From positions 94,245 to 158,244 of the forward strand of contig CAYOLO010000001.1 of NCBI GenBank assembly GCA_964404855.1: a DNA stretch of 64,000 bases, given 5' to 3'. Positions 25,766 to 35,240 of the stretch are shown one piece after another. The notes beneath the pieces are model-generated. The model saw only the letters and a list, made by a program, of their open reading frames with translations. It was not told the origin of the DNA and did not search any database. Made by a program: the position numbers and the translations under genes. Each line of letters starts with the position of its first letter. Positions within the stretch are counted from its first letter, which is position 1. This DNA is from an uncultured Gammaproteobacteria bacterium (GTDB lineage Bacteria; Patescibacteriota; Microgenomatia; CAYQLK01).

Positions 25766-28651
25766 TTAGGCTAATGAGGCGGGACAAATCTTATTAAAAG
25801 GACAATTAGTACAACTAAATTTGTCAGGTTTGGGAATGAAATTCTCGGAAACAATTCCTTCTTTTACTTTTGTAATATCACTCATAGCTTTTTGATAAAG
25901 TTTTTCATCAGGTTTGCGCTTGGCATAAATATTATTTTCTACAAAATAAAGTCCGATTTCGTCAGCTGGGTGATGATATTTTTCTTTGTAAGCCAGTGCA
26001 TAAATCTTAAGTTGAATCGAACTATTTACACGTTCTTTGGCTTTTTTCTCATCAACACCTTGTGATGTTTTGAAGTCCATGATGGTTGTTTTGTCTTTGT
26101 CGATGGTAATTAAGTCGAACCTTCCTGTAATCATCACCCCGTCATATACAAGATTGAACTTTTCTTCGACTAACAAATTCTCATATTGAGTGTTTTTTTG
26201 ATTTTGATAAAACTCACTAATTATTTGTTTGCCTTTGTTGAATAACTCTTCCCTGTTTTGGGCATTAAAAAACCCAACATCGGAAAAGTTAGATGTATAA
26301 ACATTAATTAATTCTTCGCTTGTAATTGGGGTATGTGTTTTTTTGGCAAGATAAAAAGCTTCTAGGGATTTGTGAACTGCAGTTCCAAGAACCATTGCTC
26401 CGGTCTGGCTTTTGGGAAGCTTGAGCAGGTAGTTATACCTGTATTGAAGTGGACAAGTTAAATAACTATTAATTGAATCTTGATTAAGTTTGAGCGGAAG
26501 ATTTGGCAATACTTTCTTTTCTTTTTGAACGAGCATTAAAGGGAGCTGTTCGCTTGAAGCAAAGCGGCTGATTTTTTCAATTGCGTTAAGTTTGGTTGGG
26601 ACGACTTCTAAATCTTGTTTACCGAACGACTCTAAAAGAAATTGTGATGGTTTTTTTGATCTTGCCCCACCATAATCTTCTGCCCAGGTAAGAAACAGAT
26701 TTTCTTTTGCTCTGGTAACGGCAACATAAAAAAGTCTTCTCTCCTCTTGAAGATCACTTTGTTTGGAATTATTTGCCGAATCTTCCAGTAACTCGTTAGG
26801 CAAGCTAATTCCTTGAGACTTTGACCTTGATGGAAATCTATCTGAAACCAAATTGATAATAAAAACACTGTCAAACTCCAATCCTTTCGACGAGTGAATC
26901 GTTAATACATTAACCGCTTCAAGTGATTGGTCCAGCGTTGCAGTAGTTGAGGTATCACCAGACTCTTCGAGTAGTACAAAGGTGGTGATGTAGTTAATAA
27001 CGGAAGGGTCGATCGTCGAGCTGATAAATTCCGAGAGTTTTTCAAAAAGTTTAGAAATGTTTTCGATTTTTCTAATATCTTCAGATTTGTTTGATTTTTG
27101 ATAAGTCTGAAAAACTTTGTGATCGAGTAAATATATATATAAAAGTTCAGCAACATTTTTTTGTATTGCTATTGCAGCATATTTTTGTAAATCCGAAACT
27201 AGAGTTTCAATTTTTGTTTTTTCTAAGTCGGGAATTTTTAATTCTTCAAAGTTAGAAATTGTTTCTAGGAGTTCAAATAATTTAATGTGCCTATTCCGCG
27301 TATAAGCGGCCAGCTTAATCATTAGGTCTGGATCAATACTGTAATATTCAGAAACACCTAGGTGATATAGACTCAGATCGTCTTCAAAATTAGTTAAGAC
27401 TTTAAGAAAGAAAATTAGATTTTTAACTTCGGGTGTTTGATATAAAGAAGTCGTTCCAACCGACTGAACAGGAATACCAATATTTTCGAGTGCGCGAATA
27501 AAAGGAATGGCATGACTTGCGGCTCTAGATAATATGGCGATGTTGGAGTATTTTTCCCCTGATTTGTTTAGCTCAATAATTTTTTGCGTTACCAGCTCTA
27601 CCTCGTCACTTAATGTTGTGCCGCGCAAAATTTGCGGCTTGGTTTTGGATGTGTTAACAGCGGCTTCTAATTTTTTATTTATCTTGGCGGCAAACTCTAG
27701 ACGGTCGGGGTTATTATTTTGGATGACTTCATAAGCTAAATCTAGAATTCCTTGATTAGATCTGTAGTTTTTGGTTAAAACAAATTGTTTGGCATTAGGG
27801 TAGTTAGTTTTGAATGAAAGAATATTGGAAATCGATGCGCCACGAAATTTGTAAATTGATTGATCATCGTCCCCAACGACGGTTAAATTGCGATGTTTGT
27901 CGCAAAGCATATTAACCAAATCGTTTTGCGCAAGATTAGTATCTTGGAATTCATCGACAAGAATATATTTGTACCTATTTTGATAGTTTGTAAGAATATT
28001 TGGATGCTCTTTAAAAGCTAGGCGGACCAAATATAGTAAATCCGAAAAATCAACAAAATTACCAAGTCTTTTTAGTTCTTCATACTGGCTAAAACAGTTG
28101 GCAAGCTCTGTAAGTTTGGCTGATTCGGTAGAATCTTCTAGTTTGGAGGCGTGCAAAAGGAGTGATTGGCTGGTAATATTTTCATCTTTTAGGTTGCTGA
28201 AAAATGAGGTCAGGTCACGGAGGAACTTAAGGGGATTATTTACGGGTCTAAAATATTCAAGATTAAGACTATAAAGATGAGACCTTAAAAATAAAATTTG
28301 TTGATTTTGAGTGAGTATTTTGTAGTCTGGAGACAGACCAACATCGTAGGCAATATCCCGTAAAATAGAATCTGCGAATGCGTGGAAGGTAAAAACCGAG
28401 ATTGAAGAAAAAACATCAGGCAATAAATCGTAAACTCGAAAATCCATTTCTTCTGAAGCTTTTTCAGTAAAAGTAAGGGCTAAAATTTCTTCAGGTTTAG
28501 CTAATTTTTGCTCAATTAAATACGCAATCCTTCTGGAAATTACCGCTGTTTTACCGGTGCCGGCTCCGGCAATTATCAATACAGGACCCTCTGTTTCAAT
28601 AACGGCATTTTTTTGCTCAGGATTAAGGTTTTTTAGGATGTCTGGTTTCAT
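25766..28651 (-). CDS. UvrD-family helicase fused to a C-terminal Cas4/RecB-like PD-(D/E)XK nuclease with a Cys cluster (AddA-like)
   Basis: 961 aa. N-terminal GAGTGKT Walker A with DEFQD and VTRAK helicase motifs. C-terminal YLTCPLQYRY...DFKTS...CTNCPFNKICP nuclease domain with an iron-sulfur-type Cys cluster. Confidence 0.85.
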   Translation of the reverse strand: MKPDILKNLNPEQKNAVIETEGPVLIIAGAGTGKTAVISRRIAYLIEQKLAKPEEILALTFTEKASEEMDFRVYDLLPDVFSSISVFTFHAFADSILRDIAYDVGLSPDYKILTQNQQILFLRSHLYSLNLEYFRPVNNPLKFLRDLTSFFSNLKDENITSQSLLLHASKLEDSTESAKLTELANCFSQYEELKRLGNFVDFSDLLYLVRLAFKEHPNILTNYQNRYKYILVDEFQDTNLAQNDLVNMLCDKHRNLTVVGDDDQSIYKFRGASISNILSFKTNYPNAKQFVLTKNYRSNQGILDLAYEVIQNNNPDRLEFAAKINKKLEAAVNTSKTKPQILRGTTLSDEVELVTQKIIELNKSGEKYSNIAILSRAASHAIPFIRALENIGIPVQSVGTTSLYQTPEVKNLIFFLKVLTNFEDDLSLYHLGVSEYYSIDPDLMIKLAAYTRNRHIKLFELLETISNFEELKIPDLEKTKIETLVSDLQKYAAIAIQKNVAELLYIYLLDHKVFQTYQKSNKSEDIRKIENISKLFEKLSEFISSTIDPSVINYITTFVLLEESGDTSTTATLDQSLEAVNVLTIHSSKGLEFDSVFIINLVSDRFPSRSKSQGISLPNELLEDSANNSKQSDLQEERRLFYVAVTRAKENLFLTWAEDYGGARSKKPSQFLLESFGKQDLEVVPTKLNAIEKISRFASSEQLPLMLVQKEKKVLPNLPLKLNQDSINSYLTCPLQYRYNYLLKLPKSQTGAMVLGTAVHKSLEAFYLAKKTHTPITSEELINVYTSNFSDVGFFNAQNREELFNKGKQIISEFYQNQKNTQYENLLVEEKFNLVYDGVMITGRFDLITIDKDKTTIMDFKTSQGVDEKKAKERVNSSIQLKIYALAYKEKYHHPADEIGLYFVENNIYAKRKPDEKLYQKAMSDITKVKEGIVSENFIPKPDKFSCTNCPFNKICPASLA

Positions 28652-28686
28652 GTGCTACAATCATATCACTTGAAAGAAAAACACCA

Positions 28687-29796
28687 ATGTTACCCGAAAG
28701 TTTAATTGTAATTATTTCCAGTTTAGTGTTAATTGTTGCAGTTCTTGCGATGTTTTTTTGGTTGTTTAAAAAATATTTTCAACAGAATTTTGAAGCGATG
28801 AGTGATAGGGCGATGAATAAGAATGTTAAAAATATTATTGAACTGGCGAAAAGCGAACTATCGAGTGAGAAAGATTCGATAAACATAGATCTCAAAAACA
28901 AACAAGATTCGATTGAAAAACTAGTTAAAGGTCTACAGGATGAAATAAATGCTCGACAAAAAGAGATAAAGGAGATGGAACAAAATCGAAATAAGAGCTA
29001 CGGGGAAATTGCGCGCGCAATAACCGATCATCAAAAAATTACAGAAGACCTAAAAATAACAACGCAAAATCTTGGCAGGGTTCTGTCAAATAATCAATCT
29101 CGTGGTCAGTGGGGTGAACATATAATTGAAGGCCTACTTGAGCAGGCTGGATTGATTGAAAATATTCATTTCTTAAGACAGACACCTCTTGGTAACTCTG
29201 ATGTGAAACCAGATATTACTTTGCTTTTGCCCGGGAAAAAAGTAATTGCCGTTGATGTTAAATTCCCTTATCAAGCTATACAACGAATGGTTGATGCCGA
29301 TAATGCTTCTGAAAGAGACTTGGAAAAAAAGATGTTTAAAACTGATGTGGCTGCTAAATTAAAACAAGTTGAAAAATATATTGACACAACCAAAGGAACA
29401 CTTGATTACGCGGTAATGTTTGTACCGAATGAGGCATTATTTAGTTTTATTGCTAAGGAGTTTACTGATGTAATAAATGATGCTTTTAAAAAGAAAATAC
29501 TAATTGTTTCCCCTTTTTCTTTTATACCAATTACGAAAACAGTTTTGGAAATGCATAAGAGTTTCACCATGGAAAACAGTTTAAGAAACTTGATGGTTAT
29601 GTTTGCGGATTTTTCCAAACAGTGGGGAATGTTTAAAGGTGAGTTCGAAAAATTTGATAAATCAATTAAGTCTTTAAGGGTTAACTATGATCAAATTAAC
29701 TCAACGAGGTTTAAGGAAATGGATAGAAGAGTAAAAAAAATAGAAGGTCATAGTGTTGGCCAAATTGAGAAAGACGAACTTAAACTAATTGAGTAA
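28687..29796 (+). CDS. rmuC: DNA recombination protein RmuC
   Basis: 369 aa. N-terminal TM helix and coiled coil, the RGQWGE motif and a RmuC C-terminal nuclease-like domain. Confidence 0.85.
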   Translation: MLPESLIVIISSLVLIVAVLAMFFWLFKKYFQQNFEAMSDRAMNKNVKNIIELAKSELSSEKDSINIDLKNKQDSIEKLVKGLQDEINARQKEIKEMEQNRNKSYGEIARAITDHQKITEDLKITTQNLGRVLSNNQSRGQWGEHIIEGLLEQAGLIENIHFLRQTPLGNSDVKPDITLLLPGKKVIAVDVKFPYQAIQRMVDADNASERDLEKKMFKTDVAAKLKQVEKYIDTTKGTLDYAVMFVPNEALFSFIAKEFTDVINDAFKKKILIVSPFSFIPITKTVLEMHKSFTMENSLRNLMVMFADFSKQWGMFKGEFEKFDKSIKSLRVNYDQINSTRFKEMDRRVKKIEGHSVGQIEKDELKLIE

Positions 29797-29831
29797 TATA
29801 AATATATCTACCGATATAATTATTACCTAAA

Positions 29832-30203
29832 ATGAAAAGACCTATTGTAATTATTTGGTTAATTATCTTGTTCAGCTGGTCTGGAGTGATTTGGGTTGGA
29901 AAATCCGGAAATGTCGAAAAAGAGAAGGATCATTTAATATTATTTTTACTACTACTTCCAGCTTTGACTTTTTTACTCTCTTTCGTGGTTTTTTTGATAA
30001 GAATCTTACTAAGAAAAGGTCAAGATGAACGGATTGTGTTTAAATCCAGTTTTTGGTGGACGTTACTATTTGTTTCTGTTATTTTGACTGGCTGGTTTTT
30101 GAATGCAAGAAAGATGCTGGACTTGGTATATATAGGAATACTTCTAGGAATTATAGTTTGTGGAGGAATGTTTTTGAAACTCGGACTAAAACGGGGCTAC
30201 TAA
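29832..30203 (+). CDS. Small integral membrane protein
   Basis: 123 aa with four predicted hydrophobic helices. Confidence 0.45.
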   Translation: MKRPIVIIWLIILFSWSGVIWVGKSGNVEKEKDHLILFLLLLPALTFLLSFVVFLIRILLRKGQDERIVFKSSFWWTLLFVSVILTGWFLNARKMLDLVYIGILLGIIVCGGMFLKLGLKRGY

Positions 30204-30724
30204 GGTGTCGAAGTTGGAATAATAACTATATCTTCCTGCCAACCATTACTATTTGTATTGAGAATGTTACCATCGTTGTCCGTAACATGAATATCTAATG
30301 TAACCGACTGAACCGGAAGCTTTGAGACATCCCAGTCATAAACATAAGGAGCTGAGTTAAGCGTTGTGAGCTTTTGCCATAAACCTTTTGTTTTGTAAAA
30401 TATTTCTACCGACTTAACACCACTCTGATCGTCGGAGGCTTCAACAGAAATAGTTACTTTATTACCGTAAATTACAGATCCTGTTGTGGGGCTTATTATT
30501 TTACCGATTGGTGAAGTTACATCGCCTGAAAGGCTAATATTGTTCTTGTTTTTGGAGACGGCTTGATAGGTCAAAAAAAGAGCTAAAGAAAAAATAATCA
30601 CCAAGACGATTAGACCTATTTTATTTACGTTTTTTGATTGTTCTTTTTTTACTAAAACCTTATCTTCTAAAAGTGGTTTTGATTTATTGGGTGTCATTTG
30701 AATAATTCTTGTGTATTTTATCAT
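30200..30724 (-). CDS. Membrane-anchored protein with an Ig-like (Big-type) domain
   Basis: 174 aa with a TM helix. The segment KVTISVEASDDQSGVKSVEIFYK is reminiscent of a bacterial Ig-like domain. Confidence 0.45.
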   Translation of the reverse strand: MIKYTRIIQMTPNKSKPLLEDKVLVKKEQSKNVNKIGLIVLVIIFSLALFLTYQAVSKNKNNISLSGDVTSPIGKIISPTTGSVIYGNKVTISVEASDDQSGVKSVEIFYKTKGLWQKLTTLNSAPYVYDWDVSKLPVQSVTLDIHVTDNDGNILNTNSNGWQEDIVIIPTSTP

Positions 30725-30798
30725 TAACTGCTAGAGCTGTAATTAGCCATAATTACGCAGGATGTTTTTGCTATAATTTGACTTCGAAAGAATACTTC

Positions 30799-33036
30799 AT
30801 GCAAAAGGAACTGAAATCCCAAAAAAATAAATTACCTCAACTTAAAAAACACAGGAGGAGTATTCCTGAAAAAGTGGCATGGGGAACACTCTGGTTAATC
30901 TTCCCGCCAAAGGATAGGGTTTTTAGGGGAACACTTTTTAGGGTATCGACTTTTGTTTTTTTAGTTTTGGTTTCAATGTTTTGGTGGATTACTAAGGATT
31001 TGCCGACAAAAAACCTGACAGAACGGGATATAGATTTAACGACAAAAATTTATGACCGTAACGGTAAGCTTCTATATAATATATATGCTGACAAGAACAG
31101 AACCTTACTTCCTTTTGATCAAATCCCCCAAAATATAAAGAGCGCAACAATTGCCATCGAAGATAAGGATTTTTATAAACATAAAGGTTTTGATATTTTG
31201 GGCGTAATACGTGCAGCGACTTCGATTGCTTTTAAACAGGAGCTACAGGGAGGATCAACAATCACACAACAGTTAGTAAAAACCGCTTTTTTGTCACCTG
31301 AACGAAACCTCACTAGAAAAATTAAGGAATTGTATTTGGCTTATCAAGTTGAAAGTAAATTTAGTAAAAATCAAATACTTGAAATGTATCTAAACGAGGT
31401 ACCATATGGGGGTACAGCGTATGGCATTGAAGCAGCGTCACAAACTTATTTTGGTAAAAAAGTTAGCGAATTAACTCTTGGAGAATCTGCTTTGATTGCC
31501 GGCCTACCTCAAAGTCCGACAACTTACTCCCCTTTCGGGAATAATCCAAAATTAGCTAAACAAAGACAAGCGGAAGTATTGAGAAGAATGGTTGAGGACA
31601 AAACAATAACTGCGGAGGAATCTGAAAATGCAATTTCTGAAGTATTGATTTTTTCTCAGCCGAATATTGATATAAAAGCACCACACTTTGTGCTTTTTAT
31701 TAAAGATCAACTGGCACAAAAATATGGCGATAAATTAGTTGAACAGGGAGGATTAAAAGTAACTACTACTTTGGATTTGGACATTCAAGAGACTGCGCAA
31801 GATGCGGTTACCACTGAGGTCGCTAAATTAAAAAACTACAATGTTGGAAACGGGGCTGCTATGGTCACTAATCCAAAAACCGGTGAGATATTAGCAATGG
31901 TGGGTTCGAGAGATTATTTTGATACAGCTAACGACGGCAATGTGAATGTGACAACTTCACTTAGACAACCTGGATCTTCGATTAAACCAATTAATTACGC
32001 AGGCGGACTAATGAACGGGCTAACAGCGGGAACGGTCATTGTTGATGGCCCTGTTACATTTAAGGGAACACCGCCATATACTCCAAAAAACTATGATGGA
32101 AAATTCCACGGAGCTGTAACTTTTAGAAAAGCACTAGCCAACTCATACAATATCCCCGCAGTTAAAGTCTTGGCATATAATACTGTGCCATTTATGTTGG
32201 AGCTAGCTCAGAAAATGGGAATTACTACATTTGGTGACTCTTCAAGACATGGGCTTTCGTTAACCTTAGGTGGCGGCGAGGTAAAGATGATTGAGATGAC
32301 AACAGCTTTTAGCGCCTTTGCGAATAAAGGCATTACACACGAAGCTTACGGAATTATTAAAGTTGAAGACAAAGATGGAAAAATTTTGGAGGAACACTTA
32401 CCCGAGAATGGTAAGCAAGCAATACCAGAAGAGGTTGCGTTTATTATTTCGCATATTTTGGCAGACAATCAAGCTAGAGCAGACGCATTTGGAACAGGAA
32501 GCCAATTAAATATTCCTGGCAAAGTGGTCTCTGTAAAAACAGGAACGACTGATGATATTCGTGATAACTGGACAATTGGATACACGCCTTCTTATTTGAC
32601 CGCAGTTTGGGTCGGCAACAACGATAACAAACCACTAAACAGATCATTAACCTCGGGAGTAACGGGAGCTGCGCCAATTTGGAATAAAATAATGAAAAGT
32701 TTGCTTAAAAACAAAGAGATAGAAAACTTAGTGACACCTGAAAATGTTGTTTCTAGAGCGACTTGCGTGGGCATTGGGGAGAAGAAAGATGATGGAACAA
32801 CAAGTTGTAAATCTCAAATTGAATTTTATGTTAAGGGCACTGAACCAAAAAATGAAGAAAGTAAGTTTGTGAAGGGCGACGTTTGGTTTGATCCAAAAAC
32901 TAGAAAAATTGTACAACCTGGAACAGCCGAAGCGATTGAGAAAAAAGATGCAGTCGTAGTAACAGACTTTTATCAACCTGGTGAAGGATATTGTGTAAAC
33001 TGTGTCGAGGAAGATAAACCAGAAGATCAACAATAA
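30799..33036 (+). CDS. Class A penicillin-binding protein (PBP1A; glycosyltransferase GT51 plus transpeptidase)
   Basis: Start placed at MQKELKS. GT51 motifs EDKDFYKHKGFD and QGGSTITQQLVK are present. The transpeptidase motifs are SSIKP, SYN and KTGTT. Confidence 0.9.
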   Translation: MQKELKSQKNKLPQLKKHRRSIPEKVAWGTLWLIFPPKDRVFRGTLFRVSTFVFLVLVSMFWWITKDLPTKNLTERDIDLTTKIYDRNGKLLYNIYADKNRTLLPFDQIPQNIKSATIAIEDKDFYKHKGFDILGVIRAATSIAFKQELQGGSTITQQLVKTAFLSPERNLTRKIKELYLAYQVESKFSKNQILEMYLNEVPYGGTAYGIEAASQTYFGKKVSELTLGESALIAGLPQSPTTYSPFGNNPKLAKQRQAEVLRRMVEDKTITAEESENAISEVLIFSQPNIDIKAPHFVLFIKDQLAQKYGDKLVEQGGLKVTTTLDLDIQETAQDAVTTEVAKLKNYNVGNGAAMVTNPKTGEILAMVGSRDYFDTANDGNVNVTTSLRQPGSSIKPINYAGGLMNGLTAGTVIVDGPVTFKGTPPYTPKNYDGKFHGAVTFRKALANSYNIPAVKVLAYNTVPFMLELAQKMGITTFGDSSRHGLSLTLGGGEVKMIEMTTAFSAFANKGITHEAYGIIKVEDKDGKILEEHLPENGKQAIPEEVAFIISHILADNQARADAFGTGSQLNIPGKVVSVKTGTTDDIRDNWTIGYTPSYLTAVWVGNNDNKPLNRSLTSGVTGAAPIWNKIMKSLLKNKEIENLVTPENVVSRATCVGIGEKKDDGTTSCKSQIEFYVKGTEPKNEESKFVKGDVWFDPKTRKIVQPGTAEAIEKKDAVVVTDFYQPGEGYCVNCVEEDKPEDQQ

Positions 33037-33038
33037 TA

Positions 33039-34445
33039 ATGAAAAATAATTATTTTTTAACTACCGCAATTTCATATGCCAACGGGTCGCCGCATATTGG
33101 ACATATTACTGAAGCAGTGATTGCTGATGTAATTGCCAGATTTCGAACTAAGTTTCTGAATGAAAAAGTATTTTTTTTAACGGGAACAGATGAACATGGA
33201 GTAAAAATTAAAGAGGCGGCAGAAAAATCAGGTGAGGATATTCAAAGTTTTGTTGACAAGATTTCAGATGAATTTAAGGCAGCGTGGAACGAAATGGATA
33301 TTGAATATTCGAGATTTATCAGAACTACTGATAAAGACCACGAAGAGAAAGTTGTAGAGTTTTATAAAAAACTGTATGAGAACGGATATATCGACAAACG
33401 ATTATATGAAGGACTTTATTGTGTGGGATGTGAAAAATTTTACTCCAAGGAAGAGTTGGTCGAAGGGTTGTGTCCAGACCATCAAAAACCACCAATAAAT
33501 TATAAGGAGGAAAATTACTTCTTTAAACTTAGTAATTTTGAGGAACGATTAATTAAGGAAATAGAAGATGAAAGTATTAAAATCCTACCTGATACTAAGA
33601 AAAATGAAACTTTGGGCAAACTTAAAAAAGGTCTTGAAGATATTTCTGTCTCTAGAAAATTAGATTGGGGAATAAAACTTCCATTTGACGATAGTCAGGT
33701 TGCTTATGTTTGGGTGGATGCGTTAATAAACTATTTAACTTATGGAGAGAGTGAAAATATTTGGCCTGCCGATTTACACATAATAGGTAAAGATATTTTG
33801 TGGTTTCACACAGTTATTTGGCCAGCTTTGCTTTGGGCAGCGGGATATGATGCTCCGAAGGCCGTGTATGCACACGGGTTTTTTACCATTGAAGGTAAGA
33901 AAATTTCAAAATCACTTGGTAATGTCATTACCCCATCTGAAATGATTACCAAACTTGGATCCAGTGATGCCGCGAGATTTATTTTGTTGTCTTCTTTTAG
34001 TTTGAGAAACGACGGTGATTTTTCTTGGGAGAAAATTTTTGAAAAATATAATAACGTTTTGGCAAATAGTTTGGGAAATTTTGCATCACGATTAGCTAAA
34101 CTTTCAAACGATTCTCAAATAGTAAATATTGAACTACCAGAAGTAGACAAGTTGGAAATTAATCGATTAAAAAAATATATAGAAACTCAAGATATATTTG
34201 CGTATTGTGAATATTTAGAAACTGCAATGTCTGAGCTTAATTTGGAGTTTGACCAACAAGCACCATGGAAAAAAGATGGTGAGGAGAAAAAACAAATATT
34301 AGTGCAACTTATTACAAAATATCTAAAAATTGTAATTCTATTTGAACCGATTATGCCTAACAAATCCAAGGAAATAATTAATGTATTTGTAAATACGCAA
34401 ATAAAACCTGTATCTAATCCGATTTTTTTAAGAATTAACAACTAA
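33039..34445 (+). CDS. metG: Methionyl-tRNA synthetase (compact form)
   Basis: 468 aa. HIGH-type motif (SPHIGHITEAV), a zinc knuckle CVGCEKF...CPDH and a KISKS (KMSKS) motif. Confidence 0.9.
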   Translation: MKNNYFLTTAISYANGSPHIGHITEAVIADVIARFRTKFLNEKVFFLTGTDEHGVKIKEAAEKSGEDIQSFVDKISDEFKAAWNEMDIEYSRFIRTTDKDHEEKVVEFYKKLYENGYIDKRLYEGLYCVGCEKFYSKEELVEGLCPDHQKPPINYKEENYFFKLSNFEERLIKEIEDESIKILPDTKKNETLGKLKKGLEDISVSRKLDWGIKLPFDDSQVAYVWVDALINYLTYGESENIWPADLHIIGKDILWFHTVIWPALLWAAGYDAPKAVYAHGFFTIEGKKISKSLGNVITPSEMITKLGSSDAARFILLSSFSLRNDGDFSWEKIFEKYNNVLANSLGNFASRLAKLSNDSQIVNIELPEVDKLEINRLKKYIETQDIFAYCEYLETAMSELNLEFDQQAPWKKDGEEKKQILVQLITKYLKIVILFEPIMPNKSKEIINVFVNTQIKPVSNPIFLRINN

Positions 34446-34448
34446 AAG

Positions 34449-35240
34449 GTGTTAATCGATACTCACGCTCACCCAGAACAAGCCGAGTTTGATTACGACA
34501 GAAATAAGATAATATCTGACTCGTTCAGTTCAGGCATTGAAGCAATTATTGCTGTTGGAACAAGTATTGAAAATACGAAAAAAGTAATTGAACTTTCTGA
34601 AAAATATAAAAATATTTTTTCAACAGCTGGAATACACCCAACTGATGGCGGAGCTGAAACGAAAAATGAATATAGAGAAGAGTTTGAAAAAATTGTAGAT
34701 ACTTATAAAAAAAAGATTGTCGCAATTGGCGAGTGTGGGCTTGATATATATATTGAAGGAGAAAGGCCAACCTCAAAAGAAGAGTTATTAAAACAAATAG
34801 AATTATTTGATTTTCAGCTACAAATTGCAAAAAAATATAATCTACCTGTAGTTATTCACTGTCGGAATGGATGGGATAAGGTGTTTGAAATTATTGACAA
34901 AAATAATGTTACTAATGGAGTTTTTCATTGCTGGACCGGCAATTTGGATCAATTAAAACAGGCAGAAATTAGAGGATTTTATGTGGCTTTTGGTGGAATA
35001 TTAACTTTTAAAAATGCTGGTGAAATAGTAAATTCTGCAAAAAAAATTAACATAAATAAATTAGTATTAGAAACAGATAGTCCTTTCTTGGCGCCTGAGG
35101 GCTTAAGAGGAAAAAGAAATGAACCTAAAAATGTTAGAATAGTCGCCGAGTTCATAGCACAGCTAAGAGGAGTAGAATTAGGCTATATTGAAGAAGTTAC
35201 TACGGCAAATGCTAAAAGGCTTTTTAATTTGAAAATATGA
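34449..35240 (+). CDS. tatD: TatD-family metal-dependent hydrolase (DNase)
   Basis: 263 aa. IDTHAHP, GECGLD and HCR motifs. Confidence 0.9.
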   Translation: MLIDTHAHPEQAEFDYDRNKIISDSFSSGIEAIIAVGTSIENTKKVIELSEKYKNIFSTAGIHPTDGGAETKNEYREEFEKIVDTYKKKIVAIGECGLDIYIEGERPTSKEELLKQIELFDFQLQIAKKYNLPVVIHCRNGWDKVFEIIDKNNVTNGVFHCWTGNLDQLKQAEIRGFYVAFGGILTFKNAGEIVNSAKKININKLVLETDSPFLAPEGLRGKRNEPKNVRIVAEFIAQLRGVELGYIEEVTTANAKRLFNLKI

